From an uncultured Chloroflexia bacterium (GTDB lineage Bacteria; Chloroflexota; Limnocylindria; QHBO01): a DNA stretch of 64,000 bases. A program made the translations under genes and the position numbers. The notes beneath the pieces are model-generated. The model made no database searches. It had not been told where the DNA came from and saw only the letters and a program-made list of their open reading frames with translations. The stretch spans positions 104,144-168,143 of the forward strand of contig CAWEQC010000001.1 in the NCBI GenBank assembly GCA_963811145.1, written 5' to 3'. Positions 63,450-64,000 of the stretch are shown here, one piece after another (position 1 is the stretch's first letter; the number at the start of each line of letters is the position of its first letter).

Positions 63450-64000
63450 ATGATCGTGGTGATGCGTCCGACGGCGACGCAGGAAGAGGTCGACGGGGTC
63501 AGGCGCACCGTCGAGGAGCACGGGCTCGAGGCGTTCTTGAGCGTGGGCGAGGAGCGGACCGTGATCGGCGTCGTCGGCAGCGACATCGATCGGGTCTCGC
63601 ACCTCGGGACGCTGCCGGGCGTCGAGCAGGTGATCCGCATCAGCTCGCCCTACAAGCTGGCCAGCGCCGCGCACCAGCCCGAACGGACAAGGGTGCGCGC
63701 CAACGGCGTCGAGCTGGGGATGGGCCAGGAGCTGGTCGTCATGGCCGGACCATGCGCGGTCGAGTCGCGCGAGCAGCTGATGGAGACGGCCCGATGCGTC
63801 AAGCGCGAGGGTGCCCGCGTCCTTCGCGGCGGCGCCTTCAAGCCGCGCACCTCGCCCTACTCGTTCCAGGGGCTCGGGCTGCCTGCCCTGCGGCTCCTGC
63901 ACGAGGCGCATGACACCTACGGCCTGCCCGTCATCAGCGAGGTCGTCGATCCTGCCGACGTCCCGGCCTTCGAGGAGCACATCGACATCATCCAGGTCGG
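63450..64000 (+). CDS. aroF: 3-deoxy-7-phosphoheptulonate (DAHP) synthase, type I-beta with N-terminal ferredoxin-like regulatory domain; 3' end outside window
   Basis: MIVVMRPTATQEEVDGV...ERTVIGVVG (regulatory domain), then VVMAGPCAVESREQLMETA...LRGGAFKPRTSPYSFQGLG...IIQVG. Colinear with Thermotoga/Bacillus-type DAHPS. Not in the ORF track because there is no stop codon in the window. Confidence 0.9.
   Translation, partial: MIVVMRPTATQEEVDGVRRTVEEHGLEAFLSVGEERTVIGVVGSDIDRVSHLGTLPGVEQVIRISSPYKLASAAHQPERTRVRANGVELGMGQELVVMAGPCAVESREQLMETARCVKREGARVLRGGAFKPRTSPYSFQGLGLPALRLLHEAHDTYGLPVISEVVDPADVPAFEEHIDIIQV

Overview
High-GC (about 70% by eye) bacterial chromosomal segment, densely coding on both strands. 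I count about 60 protein genes. The style looks Actinobacteria- or Chloroflexi-like: frequent GTG/TTG starts, ATGA/GTGA/TGATG coupled gene junctions and TANNNT -10 boxes placed for leaderless or near-leaderless mRNAs. I cannot assign taxonomy without a search.

Gene content in order:
- Start to about 20 kb: SDR; class-III aminotransferase plus a NitT/TauT-type ABC importer; Kef-type antiporter; MacB/FtsX ABC pair; HAD hydrolase; split transhydrogenase pntAA-pntAB-pntB; two ABC-2 exporters flanking a macro-domain protein and a DAO-type flavoprotein.
- About 20-27 kb, a cyclic-nucleotide signalling neighbourhood: adenylate cyclase-STAND ATPase-TPR protein, EamA transporter, cNMP-binding histidine kinase, and a receiver domain fused to a thioredoxin-reductase-like flavoprotein.
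- About 27-45 kb: HutI-like amidohydrolase; disulfide oxidoreductase; DinB; TauE; class-V PLP enzyme; a CopC-CopD copper locus; moaA; aminotransferase; XdhC; hydrolase; SnoaL; GlcD-like oxidase; BON protein; GAF kinase with an OmpR-type regulator.
- About 45-56 kb: stand-alone gltB; cNMP-binding protein; APC permease; formamidase; ROK; bioY; P-loop protein; SRAP peptidase.
- About 56-64 kb: trpE-trpG plus an unknown gene; ppc; SDR; 5' part of aroF (DAHP synthase).

I saw no rRNA, tRNA, CRISPR array, transposase, integrase or phage genes.

Main observations:
1. A Trp-specific T-box leader upstream of trpE.
2. An 8-codon leader peptide MSQMWFYG plus a terminator upstream of aroF. This looks like a ribosome-mediated attenuator sensing all three aromatic amino acids.
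3. A family of roughly 90-nt AT-enriched intergenic repeats at three or more loci, one of them tandemly duplicated.
4. The cAMP-centred signalling cluster, whose TrxR-like output domain has lost its CxxC.
5. About 35 single-nucleotide indels, mostly +1 insertions next to G/C runs, break at least 18 otherwise well-conserved genes in clustered hot spots. Sequence or assembly error is the most likely cause; true pseudogenisation is not excluded.

All product calls rest on motif recognition by eye. No database search was possible.
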